A DNA stretch of 64,000 bases from Chrysomallon squamiferum. Its lineage: Eukaryota; Animalia; Mollusca. The notes under the pieces are model-generated. The model was not told where the DNA came from and did no database searches. It saw only the letters and a program-made list of their open reading frames with translations. Positions within the stretch are counted from its first letter, which is position 1. Each line of letters begins with the position of its first letter. Below are positions 1-12,623 of this stretch, piece after piece. The position numbers and the translations under genes were made by a program. The stretch spans positions 7,936,001 to 8,000,000 of the forward strand of contig CM022676.1 of the NCBI GenBank assembly GCA_012295275.1. The letters run 5' to 3'.

Positions 1-228
1 TGGATAACCTTTTAGTTTTACTTGTGAAGGAAATCGTTCTGTCTTTCTTTCTTCTATTATTGCATGGTTTGTCAATGATATTTTCGTAATGAACATCCAA
101 AGAATACATTTTTTAACTGTTCATGTAAACTAATCATTCTCACAATAAGATCTGTCAACCTCAGTCAACTTGGAACAGATGTGGACTTTACAGGCCAAAC
201 AACAATGAAATAAAAACTGAAGTGAAAG
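1..228 (+). pseudogene. Degenerate V-like Ig (A-type) exon, 5' part outside window
   Basis: Reads FSFTCEGNRS..AWFVND, then frameshifted; ends gaaag|gtgaaa; inverted copy of 40046-40273. Confidence 0.7.
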
Positions 229-2035
229 GTGAAAATAACTTATTTATTATTAATATTATTACAATACGTATTAGATGTTAAAACCCCCAACAAATTCTCA
301 ATTTCATGATGAGGCATTTGCCTCATTTGTCTGAATGTAGTTACAGCCATGCTATGTATAGGTTTTTATATATATGCTATGTATGGGTTTTGACACAAAA
401 CAGTAGATCAACGTAAAATTAAAAAAGGACAAAGAACGGCGTGTTTCGTGGTAGAATATAAAATTACCCCCGATTAACGAGAAACCTTTTTTCTTACGTA
501 CGTCTGATTAGAGTCTGCATGTAGAAAACATTCAGTAAGGTCATCCAGGTTCAGACGAATGACGTGTGAAGCGATGTGTTAGTGTGTATATTTGTATATA
601 TAACTATATGAATGTATACATGTATGTATATGTGTGTCTCTCTCTCTATATATATATACACATACACACACGTGTGTGTTCTTACATACATAATTATATA
701 TTTACAGATATCTAGACAATGAATTTGTGGATAGACGGATAGAGGAATGAATGGATGGATGGGTACAGTGATGTAAAGAATGAAAGAAAAATCAGATAGA
801 GAAACAGATGGACATAGACAGAGTAACATAAATAGACAATTATAGAATAAAAAAGAGAGGTGTCTAAAAAGAAAACAATGGTTGAAGTAGAAAAATCGAT
901 GGAGAAAGTGTGAATTAAAAAAATTAAAATTAAAATACACACAAACAGATGAACAGACTTGGAAGATAAAAATCAAAAACTTTATTTTTTGAGTACGAAG
1001 AGAAGCATTAAAGTATAACATAAAATTGGAAAACTCATTTAGTATGTAAAAGGAAAGAAAACAACAACATGGAAATCTTTTCTATTTTTTATTTTTATTT
1101 TTATTTATTTTTATTATTTTTTAATGATTCCTCTTTCTGAATAACTTTTAGGTTTGGATAATATGTCATATGAACAATCTGCTGTACATTTCTCGAAATT
1201 TCGAATGCTGAGAAAAAGAAAAAACAAATCACTAATAACTTTTCATGACAAAGGAGGTAATTTTACTAATTTATTGAATATAATATTTTAGTAATGCATC
1301 CATATTCAGACTTGCAAAAGTGTTCAGATATATGTGATTAGATCAGTTTCATTGAAATCTTTTATTACATTGTCAGATATCATTTCTTCAATTGTTTTCG
1401 CAATAAATATTATTTTGTAATGTAGTGTTATTGTTATAGTATGCATTTGTACATGTTAAATGAAGTCGAACCCGTTTATTTCAATACAAAAAAAAAAAAA
1501 AAACCTAATATGGAGGGACACTCCTCAGCTTTTACAAAATCATCATAAAATCGTCATATTGAATTATGCCTTATTGAATCTAAACTTATTATAAATATAT
1601 GAAAAACTCAAAAGTATAACGAAACAATGAAACCTTGTTAGATATGGGTTAGAAGATCTAGAGTAAATGTTCTTGTTAGTATAAATATCTGTAAATCTAG
1701 ATTTATTTTTCCATTATCAGACATGAACTTCATTTCTTTTGTCATGCAAGAAAAGAGACACTTTCTTGAGGTCATTATCCTACGTCAGAGAAAGAAAGAA
1801 ATAAAAAAACTAAAAAAAAGTGCGAATATGAACAAAATTTCATTTCTTGGACATCATCGCGGGAAGATATTACTGCGATTGACCAAAATTTGTTTATTTT
1901 TTTGTAATGTGTCAGTTTGTAAATACGTCAATTTTATGTGATAAATCTGACGAAATTTCAACTTAGTTACGGTCACAGTTTAACAATGGTAATGAATGAT
2001 AGAAATTCATGATTTGGAACTCATTGAAATGTTTA
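1..2035. repeat. Near-identical inverted duplicate of 38153-40273
   Basis: Reverse-complement match at both ends; same ORF peptides at 551..1021(-)/39168..39644(+) and 1723..1941(+)/38248..38466(-). Confidence 0.92.
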
Positions 2036-2235
2036 NNNNNNNNNNNNNNNNNNNNNNNNNNNNNNNNNNNNNNNNNNNNNNNNNNNNNNNNNNNNNNNNN
2101 NNNNNNNNNNNNNNNNNNNNNNNNNNNNNNNNNNNNNNNNNNNNNNNNNNNNNNNNNNNNNNNNNNNNNNNNNNNNNNNNNNNNNNNNNNNNNNNNNNNN
2201 NNNNNNNNNNNNNNNNNNNNNNNNNNNNNNNNNNN
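2036..2235. other. Assembly gap (200 N)
   Basis: Run of exactly 200 N. Confidence 0.99.
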
Positions 2236-2568
2236 CTTTCTCTCGCAACTCGCTCTCCGGAAAGTTGCTTTCTGTACTGCAGTAAAGGCAGATGTTACAC
2301 CTGAATCTTTTCGCTGATCTTATTGGTTTTGTTCCTACGTCATAGCTTGATTACTATTCAGCGCGCGCTACTGGACTCTCCATGGTTTGACTTTGGAAAT
2401 TTGCCAAAAAGTATGTCGCAGTATTGACAAAAGGTGTCGTGATTGTTTTGAAGTTCAAGATAGACATTTTTAACATTTGTAAATACTACATATACAGATT
2501 AAATTTGTTGTTTTTATTATCTAATTTTATTTAAGTTTGCGGTTCGGTTACTTTTGCGACACCCTGTA
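2236..2568. mobile_element. Probable end of a Tc1/mariner-type DNA transposon, cut by the gap
   Basis: More GC-rich segment ending ...cttttgcgacaccctg-TA (revcomp TACAGGGTGTCGC, mariner-like TIR plus TA); leader-intron-like sequence resumes right after. Confidence 0.4.
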
Positions 2569-3945
2569 GATTAAACGGGAATGAAAAGCAATTATGATAA
2601 TATCAAGTAATGTTATACAGTATTATAATATGATACAATATGATATTATATGACGTAATGTACTGTAATAGAATTCAGTGTTAAGCAGTCTATTTCACTG
2701 TTAAATAATGCAATGTTACATAAAGAGTAGACGGCAATTCCTTATAATTATTATACAGTTATAAAAAGTGAGTATAATGCATTAGTAAGATATAATAATA
2801 CGATAGAAGAAAATAATAATATTTATTTATTTTTATTTTTTTATTAGATTTTTTAAAATGTATTTATGTATTTTATTATTATCATTATTTACTATATTAA
2901 ACTTTACAGTGTTGTTGCAGTATTATTCTGTATTCTACTAAATTTAGCTGCAGTATAATGTACTATACTATGCTATGCTATTACACTATATTACACTATA
3001 TTTTATATTCTATATTATACTACACTATACTTTATATTCTGTATTATACTACACTATACTATACAACTTCATACTATACTACAATATACTATCCTATACT
3101 ATTCTGTATTGAAATATATACTACTATACTGTACTGTATTATACTATATTCAGTATAGTGCACTATATTGTTCTATAAAGTTCTTTAGTACATAAGCATA
3201 TTATAATCTGCTACAATATTATACATTGTTATATCACTTTAGATTACATTATTACAATATAAAGCTTGTTTGGTGCATCGGAACAGAAATTTATTCTGAA
3301 ATTATCACCTGAAAACATTTTTATTTTATATAAATACACAAGGAAATTTACACACACACACAAACACAAACACTCACAGAGGCAGACATGCGCAGATACA
3401 CAGATAGATAGATAAATAGTTAGACATATGTATACGTACATACATATATATATATATATACATACATACATATTCTGACATACATACATATAGACAAATA
3501 TGAACAAACGCAAATATACATATACCTAACTACCTCTCTACCTACCTACCTAATTACAAATATACGTACGTACAAACATACACCCATAAAGCTAATATAC
3601 ATACTTACATACTCAGCTACTTACATACGTACATATCTACACACATGTATAAATACAAACATACCTAGAAAGGAAAATACCTTCGTAAGTACAAAAACAC
3701 ACACATATAAAAAACAAAACAAAAAACAATAACAAAAAAAAACCCATTCTGACCATAATTATCTATAAAAATACAACGCTGTATGTCATGTCTCAGAGCT
3801 GTATTTAGATTGCTCGATGCAATCGACTGCATCTAGTGTATTGAAAAATATATTCAACCAGAGAATATCTTGCAAATAATATTAACAGCAGTGAAAACGT
3901 GGAACTATACTTTTATTAACGGCAGTGAAAACTAAAACATTGGAA

Positions 3946-3996
3946 ATGAGTAGAAAGTACTGTTCGTGTTACTGGGATGTGTATTGTACGCACAAA
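3946..3996 (+). pseudogene. g1 signal-peptide exon with 7-nt deletion
   Basis: 51 nt versus the 58-nt family consensus; out of phase with exon A. Confidence 0.7.
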
Positions 3997-4493
3997 GTAT
4001 GTACTTTATATTCAGATTACTTATGTCTAACTGAGTTAATCTCATTTCTTTTACAAAGTGTGAAATCTGGGTGAACTTACCGTCATTTCTGGATGACTAA
4101 TGTAAAATGAAATGTATAACTATCAGCTGAACTCTTGAAATATATCTCTTAAAATCTGAAAAAAACAACAACAGAACATAACATAATATAACATAATATA
4201 ACCTAACAGCATAACATAACAATACAGCATAATATCGCAGTCCATAAACACAGTGTACTGTAACGTAATGTAACACAATGTAATACAGTCTAAAATTATG
4301 TAACGAAACATAACAAAACGACATAATCATAATAATAATAATAATAATAATAACAATAATAATAATCATAATAATAAAACGTAACTTGTTGCCAAGTAAA
4401 AATGTAATTATAAAAAATTGGTTTAGATTAATTTAATTTAAATATATATATATATATATATGCACACAGACACACAGACAAACACACACACAC

Positions 4494-4494
<1 letters not shown>

Positions 4495-4563
<69 letters not shown>

Positions 4564-4590
4564 TTAGATAGATAGATAGATAGATAGATA
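4495..4590. repeat. (GATA)n microsatellite
   Basis: Direct reading; one of many (CA)n, (GA)n, (TA)n, (AAT)n and (GATA)n tracts in the window. Confidence 0.95.
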
Positions 4591-4617
4591 TACCTTATTT
4601 TTTTCTTCTAATTTAAG

Positions 4618-4926
4618 GTCAGCATTGTAGATTAAAAACATCAGACAGATATGCAGTTGTCGGATCACCTTTTACTTTTACTGGTCAAGGAAATCGTTCT
4701 CCTAGCATTATCTGGTTTGTGAATAATATAAAATACAGGATGCGTGTACTGGGGAGAAATGGTCACTGTGATTTTTCTGGTGAACATCCGAAAAAGTACA
4801 CTTTTTACTGTTCACCTTTGGTGAATCTCCTCATAATAAAATCTGTCAAACCCCATCAACATGGAACTGTGTGGAGATTTGGAGATGATGGAGCACGCAG
4901 CAATGAAGTAAGACTGGAAGTGAGAG
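4618..4926 (+). CDS. g1 exon A, V-like Ig domain (both canonical Cys lost)
   Basis: aag|GT..GAG|gtaaa; 309 nt open; GSPFTFTG..WFVNN..HC..YC..GTVWRF..SNEVRLEVR. Confidence 0.85.
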
Positions 4927-6317
4927 GTAAAATTAATTAATTATAATTAATATTTATTACTATTATTGTAAGTACTAAATGCTGTTAAAAAAGCAACGAA
5001 ACGAAAGTTGAACTGAGAAGTAAAATTCATTTCTTTATTATTAATACTATTATTATTCTTATTAAATGTTGTTTAAAAAAGCAACGAAATAAAACTGAAC
5101 GTGAGAAGAAAAAATATATACTGTTAATGGTAATTAAATAATAAAATCAGTACAACAAAACAATGCTGTAACTCAATTGTTTTTTTTCAAAGTTTTATGT
5201 TTATAATTATAATTTTAGGAAATATGTACTGTTACTGATAACTAAACAATACATCTCAATAAAAGAAAATAATACGTGAAATCAGAGGTCAAAAACCTTT
5301 ATTTTTTTACAGATTATAATTACAGATGATAAAAATTATTAATGTATTTTAACATTTAAGTAAATTTATATTCTTACATGAAAGAATGTCCAGCCTGATT
5401 ATACGCTTAAACAGTTAAGTACATAAACATTAACTTACGTATATGAAGATATATTTTTAAAATGATACATGTGTTCATATCTAGATATAGAATATTTTTA
5501 ATTTATTTTATTCTTATTATTATTATTATTTTAAATCAGCAAAAATATTAACAAAATTAATAAATAAATAGTTCTGACAGTAATAGTAATTATGATACGA
5601 ATAGCATTATTAATATTATTATTGCGCCTATTAAATGTTGTTAAAAAACATCCACGAAATAAAACTGAAAAGTGAGACATAAAAATATGTATTCTTAATG
5701 ATAACTAAGCGATAAACTGAATAAAACAAAACATTTCTGTAACTCAGCTGTTTTACCAGATTTATGTTTATAATTATCACTTTAGGAAGTATATACTGTT
5801 ACCGATAACTTAGCAATATATCTCAATAAAAGAAAATAATACTTGAAATCGGAGGTCAAAAAATTTAATTTTTTATAGATTATAATTACAGATAAGAATT
5901 ATTAATATATTTCAACATTTAAATATGTTTATATGCTTAAACAGATATGTACGTATATATTACATTAGAGTTCATATCTAGATATAGAATATTTTAATTT
6001 TAATTTATTATTTTATTTAATTTTATTCATGTTACTATTATTTTAAATCGGCAAAAATATTAACAAAATAAATAAATAATTAAATAAATAAATAAACAAA
6101 CAAAAAGTGGTGACAGTAATAGTAATGATGATATGAACAGCAACAACTCAAATATTTCGTTATCACAACTATTACAACGACAACATTCATAATTGCTACT
6201 ATCAGTAAGAATAAAATAAAAAATATGACGACAATGATGATTATGCTGGAGATGATGATGCTGTTGATATTCTTCTTCTTATTTATTATTATTATTATTA
6301 ATATTAATATTTTTAAG

Positions 6318-6578
6318 ATGGTCCTGGAACATCACTTAAGCTGAATACTTCGTCTGTTGTGACTGCTGTGGAAGGAAGTGACGTCACAGTGTCTTGTTCA
6401 GCGACGTGTTTAATCAAGTGTAATTATCAGTGGAAGCTCGCACATGACGTCATAAGTAACACGGGTATTCTCTCATTGGCTGATATTAATAAATCACAAT
6501 CAGGTGTCTATGTGTGTACGGCTGAAAATCCAGATACGAAACAAACTGCCAAACAAGAACTTGAACTGATTGTACATC
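6318..6578 (+). CDS. g1 exon B, C2/I-set-like Ig domain
   Basis: 261 nt; DGPGTSLKL..EGSDVTVSCSATCLIKCNYQW..QSGVYVCTAEN; AG/GT flanks. Confidence 0.88.
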
Positions 6579-6835
6579 GTAAGTAAAAATCTAATTATAG
6601 TAAAAATAAGAATGATAAAATAAACAGGCAACTTAATATTTGTTAGAGGTCTGAGTTTAAAATATCAGAGAACTAGTTATAAATGTTTACGTGCGAATAT
6701 CCGGTGTGAGTCACTTTTGTTATGATACACTTTACATTATGTGTGTATTTATATGTGTTTCTGCGTGTGTGTGTGTGTGTGCGTGTGTGGATGGACGTCT
6801 ATGTGGATGTGTGCGCCTTTTTTGTTTACTTTCAG

Positions 6836-7132
6836 GTCCGCCAAATCTTCGAGGATCTGCGCCATACGCTATCAGCGGTCTTTCTTTTACGTTCACATGT
6901 CAGATTTTTCAGTATTCACATCGCGTCACGTGGTTTGAGAATGACGTCACCTATGACGTGTATAGTTTTTGGCCCGGACACTGTTATAGTGAAAATTACA
7001 ATTTCAGTTGTTTTGGTGACAAGTTTCAGGTTACTATAAAGTCTGTCCACAAGAATCAACAAGGAAATATTTGGCGATGTGAAGATATCGATCACAAATA
7101 TTCGAGTAACAAAGTCGTTTTGATAGTTAGAG
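6836..7132 (+). CDS. g1 exon C, V-like Ig domain
   Basis: 297 nt; PPNLRGSAPYAISGLSFTFTC..VTWFEN..QGNIWRCED; AG/GT flanks. Confidence 0.88.
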
Positions 7133-7328
7133 GTATCTTAATTCAGTTTAGTTGAATTTAATTTGTTATTATCAGTAGTAGTCTCACCATCATCATCATC
7201 ATCATCTTCATAATAATAATAATAATAATTATAATTATAATTATAATTGTAATAAAAACGACGACAACAACAGTATCAACACGTATAACAATAATAATGA
7301 TGATTATGATGAGGAGAATCATGTTGAT

Positions 7329-7359
<31 letters not shown>

Positions 7360-7425
7360 CATTGATGTATTTTTTAATATTTATTTTATTTTATTTATTT
7401 ATTTATTTTTATTTTTTTTTCACAG

Positions 7426-7686
7426 ACGGCCCCGGCAGCTCACTTCAAGTCAATTCTTCATCTGACATCACTGTAGAGGAAGGAAGTGACGTCAGAATAT
7501 CATGCAAAGCCGATTGCTTTATCAAATGCCTTTACAGATGGGATCTGACCAATCAGATTGTCAGTTTCAACGGACTTCTGGCACTGACTAATATCACGAG
7601 ATTTCAAGATGGCGTCTACACATGCACTGCTGTTAATCCGGATACGAACCAAATAGCACATAAACAAATTATTATTAATGTTAAGC
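7426..7686 (+). CDS. g1 exon D, C2-like Ig domain
   Basis: 261 nt; DGPGSSLQV..SCKADCFIKCLYRW..QDGVYTCTAVNP. Confidence 0.88.
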
Positions 7687-7720
7687 GTAAGTTTTAATTA
7701 ATTTTTATTTAGCATTTAAT

Positions 7721-7792
<72 letters not shown>

Positions 7793-8354
7793 TACGTGTG
7801 TCTATATGTGTTTATATGTATGAATAAATATGTGTACCTATGTACGTTTATAGGAATGTATATTATTGTGTAGTTCTTTCTGCCAGATTGTCTCTACGTA
7901 CGAATGCATGTATGTATGCATGTATGTATGTATATATATGTATCTAAGTATGTACACATTCTCTCTTACATACATAATTATATATTTACAAATATCTAGA
8001 TATTGAGTCTGTGCTTGGATAGATTGATGGACGCATCTATGGATAGAGTGACGTAAAGAATGAAAGAAATATCAGACAGAGAAACTGATGGATATAGACA
8101 GACTAACAGATAAATAGAGAATTACAGAAAAGAAAAGAGATGTGTGTAAAATCAGAATGGTTGATGTAAAATAAATAAGTGTGAAATAAATAAAGATACA
8201 GAAACAATACCTTAACAGAAAGATACCTTAACTATAGGAAGTAAACAATTAGCTACTCTGCGATGATATATAATAAATACATATTACCTACCTACTGAAA
8301 ATGTATAAATAATATATTAGTTTAATATCACATTTTTTATTAAATGTTTTTCAG

Positions 8355-8477
8355 CGCGCTCTGTAGAGGACAGCAGTAATTTAGAAACAGAATTTGAGAT
8401 CGGTTTTGGAATTTCTTGCTTTGTTCTCTTCGTTGTCATCATCATTGCCGTTGTTCTCTACGTCCGATATAAAAGGA
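8355..8477 (+). CDS. g1 transmembrane exon
   Basis: PRSVEDSSNLETEFEIGFGISCFVLFVVIIIAVVLYVRYKR; hydrophobic span followed by basic stop-transfer residues. Confidence 0.8.
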
Positions 8478-10421
8478 GTATTTATTTATTTATTTTTATT
8501 TTATTTTTTTTGTTTCATTTACATTATTATTATTTTATTTTATTTTTTTTTTTTTGATTTTGTATTCTTTCTTTAGGTATTCATTCATCCATTTGTTCGT
8601 TCGTTCATTATTTCCTTCATATGTTTGTTTGTTTATTAGTATGTATATTTACTTATATGTTTTAGCATTTGAATTACACTTACCTATAGAGTAAAGGGGA
8701 GATAAATCAAGTCTAACTGACACAATTACTTTTAATAGAGTTATCAAACCTGTTTTCCAGATCATCTGTGCATTTCTGCCACCTAATAATGATATGGCTG
8801 ACATAAAAAATTGTTATTATTATTATTATTATTTCTGAATCATACATTCGTAGGGCACTTTGACCAAAAAATTAAACAAGCTTAATAAAACATCAGGGTA
8901 AACTCAGTAGAGAACAAACTAAAACTGAAATTCAAATCCGAACTAACCTGGACTGTGATTCCAAAAATTACATACATACAGACACACATCAATACATCTA
9001 TAGAAACACATTATTACCTCTGTGTATGTATATATATATAGATATATGTATGTGTGTATGTGCGTGTATTTATTTATATACACAAATACATACACAGATT
9101 ATTGCGATTATTGCGATGAGTGTAATCAGACGTATATAAGACAGAGAATATTCAAATCCTAAAATACACAAACATACATAAATCAATGTATATATACATA
9201 CATCCAAAGACACATACATATATATGCATATACACACATATACTTACTATGTGCACCTATATATATATACACACTTACACATCGATATATATGTATAAAA
9301 ACACATTCTTATGTGCATATGCACACACACACGAATCTACATAATTATCGAAATGAAAGACTAAATGATGTTCCAAAAAACGAGATAACGTCTGACAGTA
9401 AGTGAATTGATATTAATGAATCGCAGAGAAGAAAAGAAGTATTATTTCTTAATCAAACACTTCGTAAGACACTTTGATAAAAAAAATTAAACAAGGTTAA
9501 TAAAATCTCACTGTACATTTAGTACAGAACAAACAAAAACTGAAAATTAAATCCGAACTAACCTGGACCGTGATTTCAAAAATGTTGTGAATTTCCTAAC
9601 ATGCAAGTTATGAAAAAAAATTAAAATGAAATGTGTTGGCCATAAAAAATAAGTTACGAGTTAGAACTGTTTGTCACAAATAAGATAGTGTGGATGAAGT
9701 TAACATTCCTGTCACCATAAATTTTGACCTACCTGGCCATATACTGGACAATCGTTTTGAAATATTCCCAATAGAGCAAACTATTATTCTAAGTTGAGAA
9801 AATGAAGCTGACCTTTTTAAACTCGAACGAGAAGCGTTTTGTATTCGCACATTATAAACACAGATACCATTTTGAATAAATATTATATCGGGAAAATAGA
9901 AAGAGAGAGATAAAATATTTTTTGAGATTGACGCTAGTAAAAATTATGAAGAAATAAGATTTTAACTTCCAGACTAATATGAAATATTCAGTAACAGCTT
10001 TTCCTGTCATCGCTTACAGAACAAAAAACAAATCAATTCTAAAGGAATTTTAGTTTCTAACCGATGTTCTGATAAAATTTAATACATACATACATATATA
10101 CACACACATACGTTCATGCATACATATATACATACTTATATATGCCTATTTGTGTATATACATACATACATACATACATATATATATATTTATACACATA
10201 CATATATACAATCATACATACAGCCACACATCAATACAGCTATAGAAACACATTCTTATGTATGTATATGTATATAGACAAATGTAATGTATGTGTGTAT
10301 GCGCGAGTGTGTATTTATTTATATATATACACGCATACACATGCATTATTGCGATTATTGTTTTGCTCTGTACATGACAACTTTTATATAAACTAAGACA
10401 TAATTTCATTTCATGTTTCAG

Positions 10422-10507
10422 ACTATCAAAAATCAACTGTACACGAAGATAGAGAGAATCCATATTATCCTGAATGCGTCGAAGACTCCTGCATACGAAA
10501 TGAGTAA
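10422..10507 (+). CDS. g1 terminal cytoplasmic exon
   Basis: tttcag| NYQKSTVHEDRENPYYPECVEDSCIRNE*; homologous to the terminal exons at 25201 and 37877. Confidence 0.65.
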
Positions 10508-12373
10508 ACGATAAAGAAGAACAGAAATTCATTTGTTAAGCACACGCTTCTTAAGGCGCGTTCCTGAAAAATTAAGCAAGATTATATTGTTAAATGTTTA
10601 TACAAAAATACAAAGACTTCATATATTCAATTTCTACAGTCACACAAGACTTGAACTATGTCAACAGCTACTGTGAGAAAAGTATTAAACATTTTAATGA
10701 GTTGCCAATCGTTAATTTGTATCATTCATTACTATTGTGTGACTATAACTATGTAAAAATATCGGGATATTCATCTTGTAAAATTAACGTATTTACACAC
10801 TTACACATTAAAAAAAGAAACAGATTTGATCAATCTCTATAATGTCTTTTCGCGATGATGTCCAAGAACTGAAATATTACTCACATTCGCTATTTTACTT
10901 CATTTTTCTTTCTTTCTTTCTTTCTTTGTATTTTTTTCTTTCACGTGAGATCGTGATGTCACGAAATTGTCTATTTTCTTATATAATATGAGAAATGAAA
11001 TTCCTGGCTAACAGTTGCAGAATAAAACAATATTTCCAGTTTTCTATACTAACAACAGCAACTGCAACACTGTTTGGTAAACCATATCTATGCAAGGTTT
11101 CATTTTTGTGTGATACTTTTGTGTTTTTCATATTTTTATACTTAGTTTAGACTGAATAAGGCATGGTTATATATGATGATTTTATGATGATTCAGTGTTT
11201 ATTCTTGGTTTCGAGGATAGTGGATGACAAGGTAAAGTTTTAAAATTTGACAAGACGAGAATTACCAGGAAGGTTCTGAATTCAAGATGACAATACAGTT
11301 TTGTCTGGTGACCAGTGTAGTACATAACAAGAATATCTGAAACAATTCCACACTATCCAAGATCTGTTTGAAAAAATTGGCTCTTAGGTTGTAGGCCAAG
11401 GTTGTTGCATTTATGTGTTTGGTGGTCTTTTCTTCTACAAACAAACTGTATTGTTATCGTGATGATTGTGGTTGTTGGTGAGGTAGTATAGATTTAACTT
11501 TCTTGTTTGGAATGTTTCGCTTCGTTTTTTTTCCGGTTTTTTTTTTTGTTGTTGTTGTTTTCTTTTTTGCCGTGTCCTGAACTGTTAATGCATTACTAAA
11601 ATATAAGTTTTAGTAAACTTACCTCTTTTGTACTAAGACGTTTTTAGTCATCTTTTTTTTTCTTTATCCGTGTTTCCTTATTTCTACATCCGTGTTTCCT
11701 TATTTCTACAAATGTACAGATGTAAATTGTTGATTTTACATATTATGAAGAGGAATTATTAAAAATAAAAAAATAAAATAAAATTGCATATTCATGCATT
11801 TGTGTCTGGTTAAAGTGACATAAAATGTGTTAAACGAATTTTGAGCATGCAGTTAGAACAGGAAATAGGAAAAGGAAACAGATGTAACTACTAAACTAGA
11901 GTGTACTATGTTTTGTTAATTATATTATCTAACTTTATCATATAGCAGGTTTGTTTGTGTGTCCGCTATTCTGTGAATATTTTTCTTGGAGAGAGGAAAC
12001 AAATTTTTCATTTATCTGTTATATTTTAGAATTTTGCTTCGTACTCTAAAATAAAGTTTTAATTTTTGTCTTCTAAATCTGTTCGTCTGTTTGTGTGTCT
12101 TTCTTCATTTAACACTTTCTACATCGATTTTTGTACTTCAACCATTCTGATTTTACACACCTCTCCTCTTTTTTTTTCTTTCTATAATTCAGTATTTTTC
12201 TGTTTCTCTATATTTTTGTATCCATACATTCGTCCATCCATATTATCTGTAAACATATAATTATGTATGTAACAACGTATGTGTATATATATATTCATTC
12301 TCTGCACATACATAGATATATACACGTAAAATATATACATATGTACGTACATACACAAATATATATATATATA

Positions 12374-12623
12374 TGTCAAATTTTCGAAAATTCACATCGC
12401 GTCATGTGGTCTGAGAACGACGTCACCTATGACGTGTTTAATTCTGGTCCCGGACACTGTGATGTTAAATCACGTTTTAGTGGAAATTACAATTTCAGTT
12501 GTTTTGTTGACAAGTTTCAGGTTACTATAAAGTCTGTCCACAGAAATCAAAAAGCAGATATTTGGCGATGTGAAGATATCGATCACCAATATTCGAGTAA
12601 CGCAGTCGTTTTGAAAGTTTGAG
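12374..12623 (+). pseudogene. Orphan 5'-truncated C-type Ig exon
   Basis: CQIFENSHRVMW..IWRCEDIDHQYSSNAVVLKV*; begins abruptly after a (TA)n tract, no acceptor, ends in TGA. Confidence 0.8.

Larger units (their letters stand above)
3946..10507 (+). pseudogene. g1: 4-Ig-domain type I receptor, probable pseudogene or attenuated gene
   Basis: Exons L 3946-3996 (frameshifted), A 4618-4926, B 6318-6578, C 6836-7132, D 7426-7686, TM 8355-8477, terminal 10422-10507; everything after L is open and in phase. Confidence 0.7.

Noticed and set aside
551-1021. 156-aa ORF and its twin at 39168-39644
   Set aside because: Low-complexity translation of a dispersed repeat plus microsatellites; the twin reflects the inverted duplication, not coding conservation
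1996-2317. ORFs spanning the X run
   Set aside because: Artefacts of the 200-N gap
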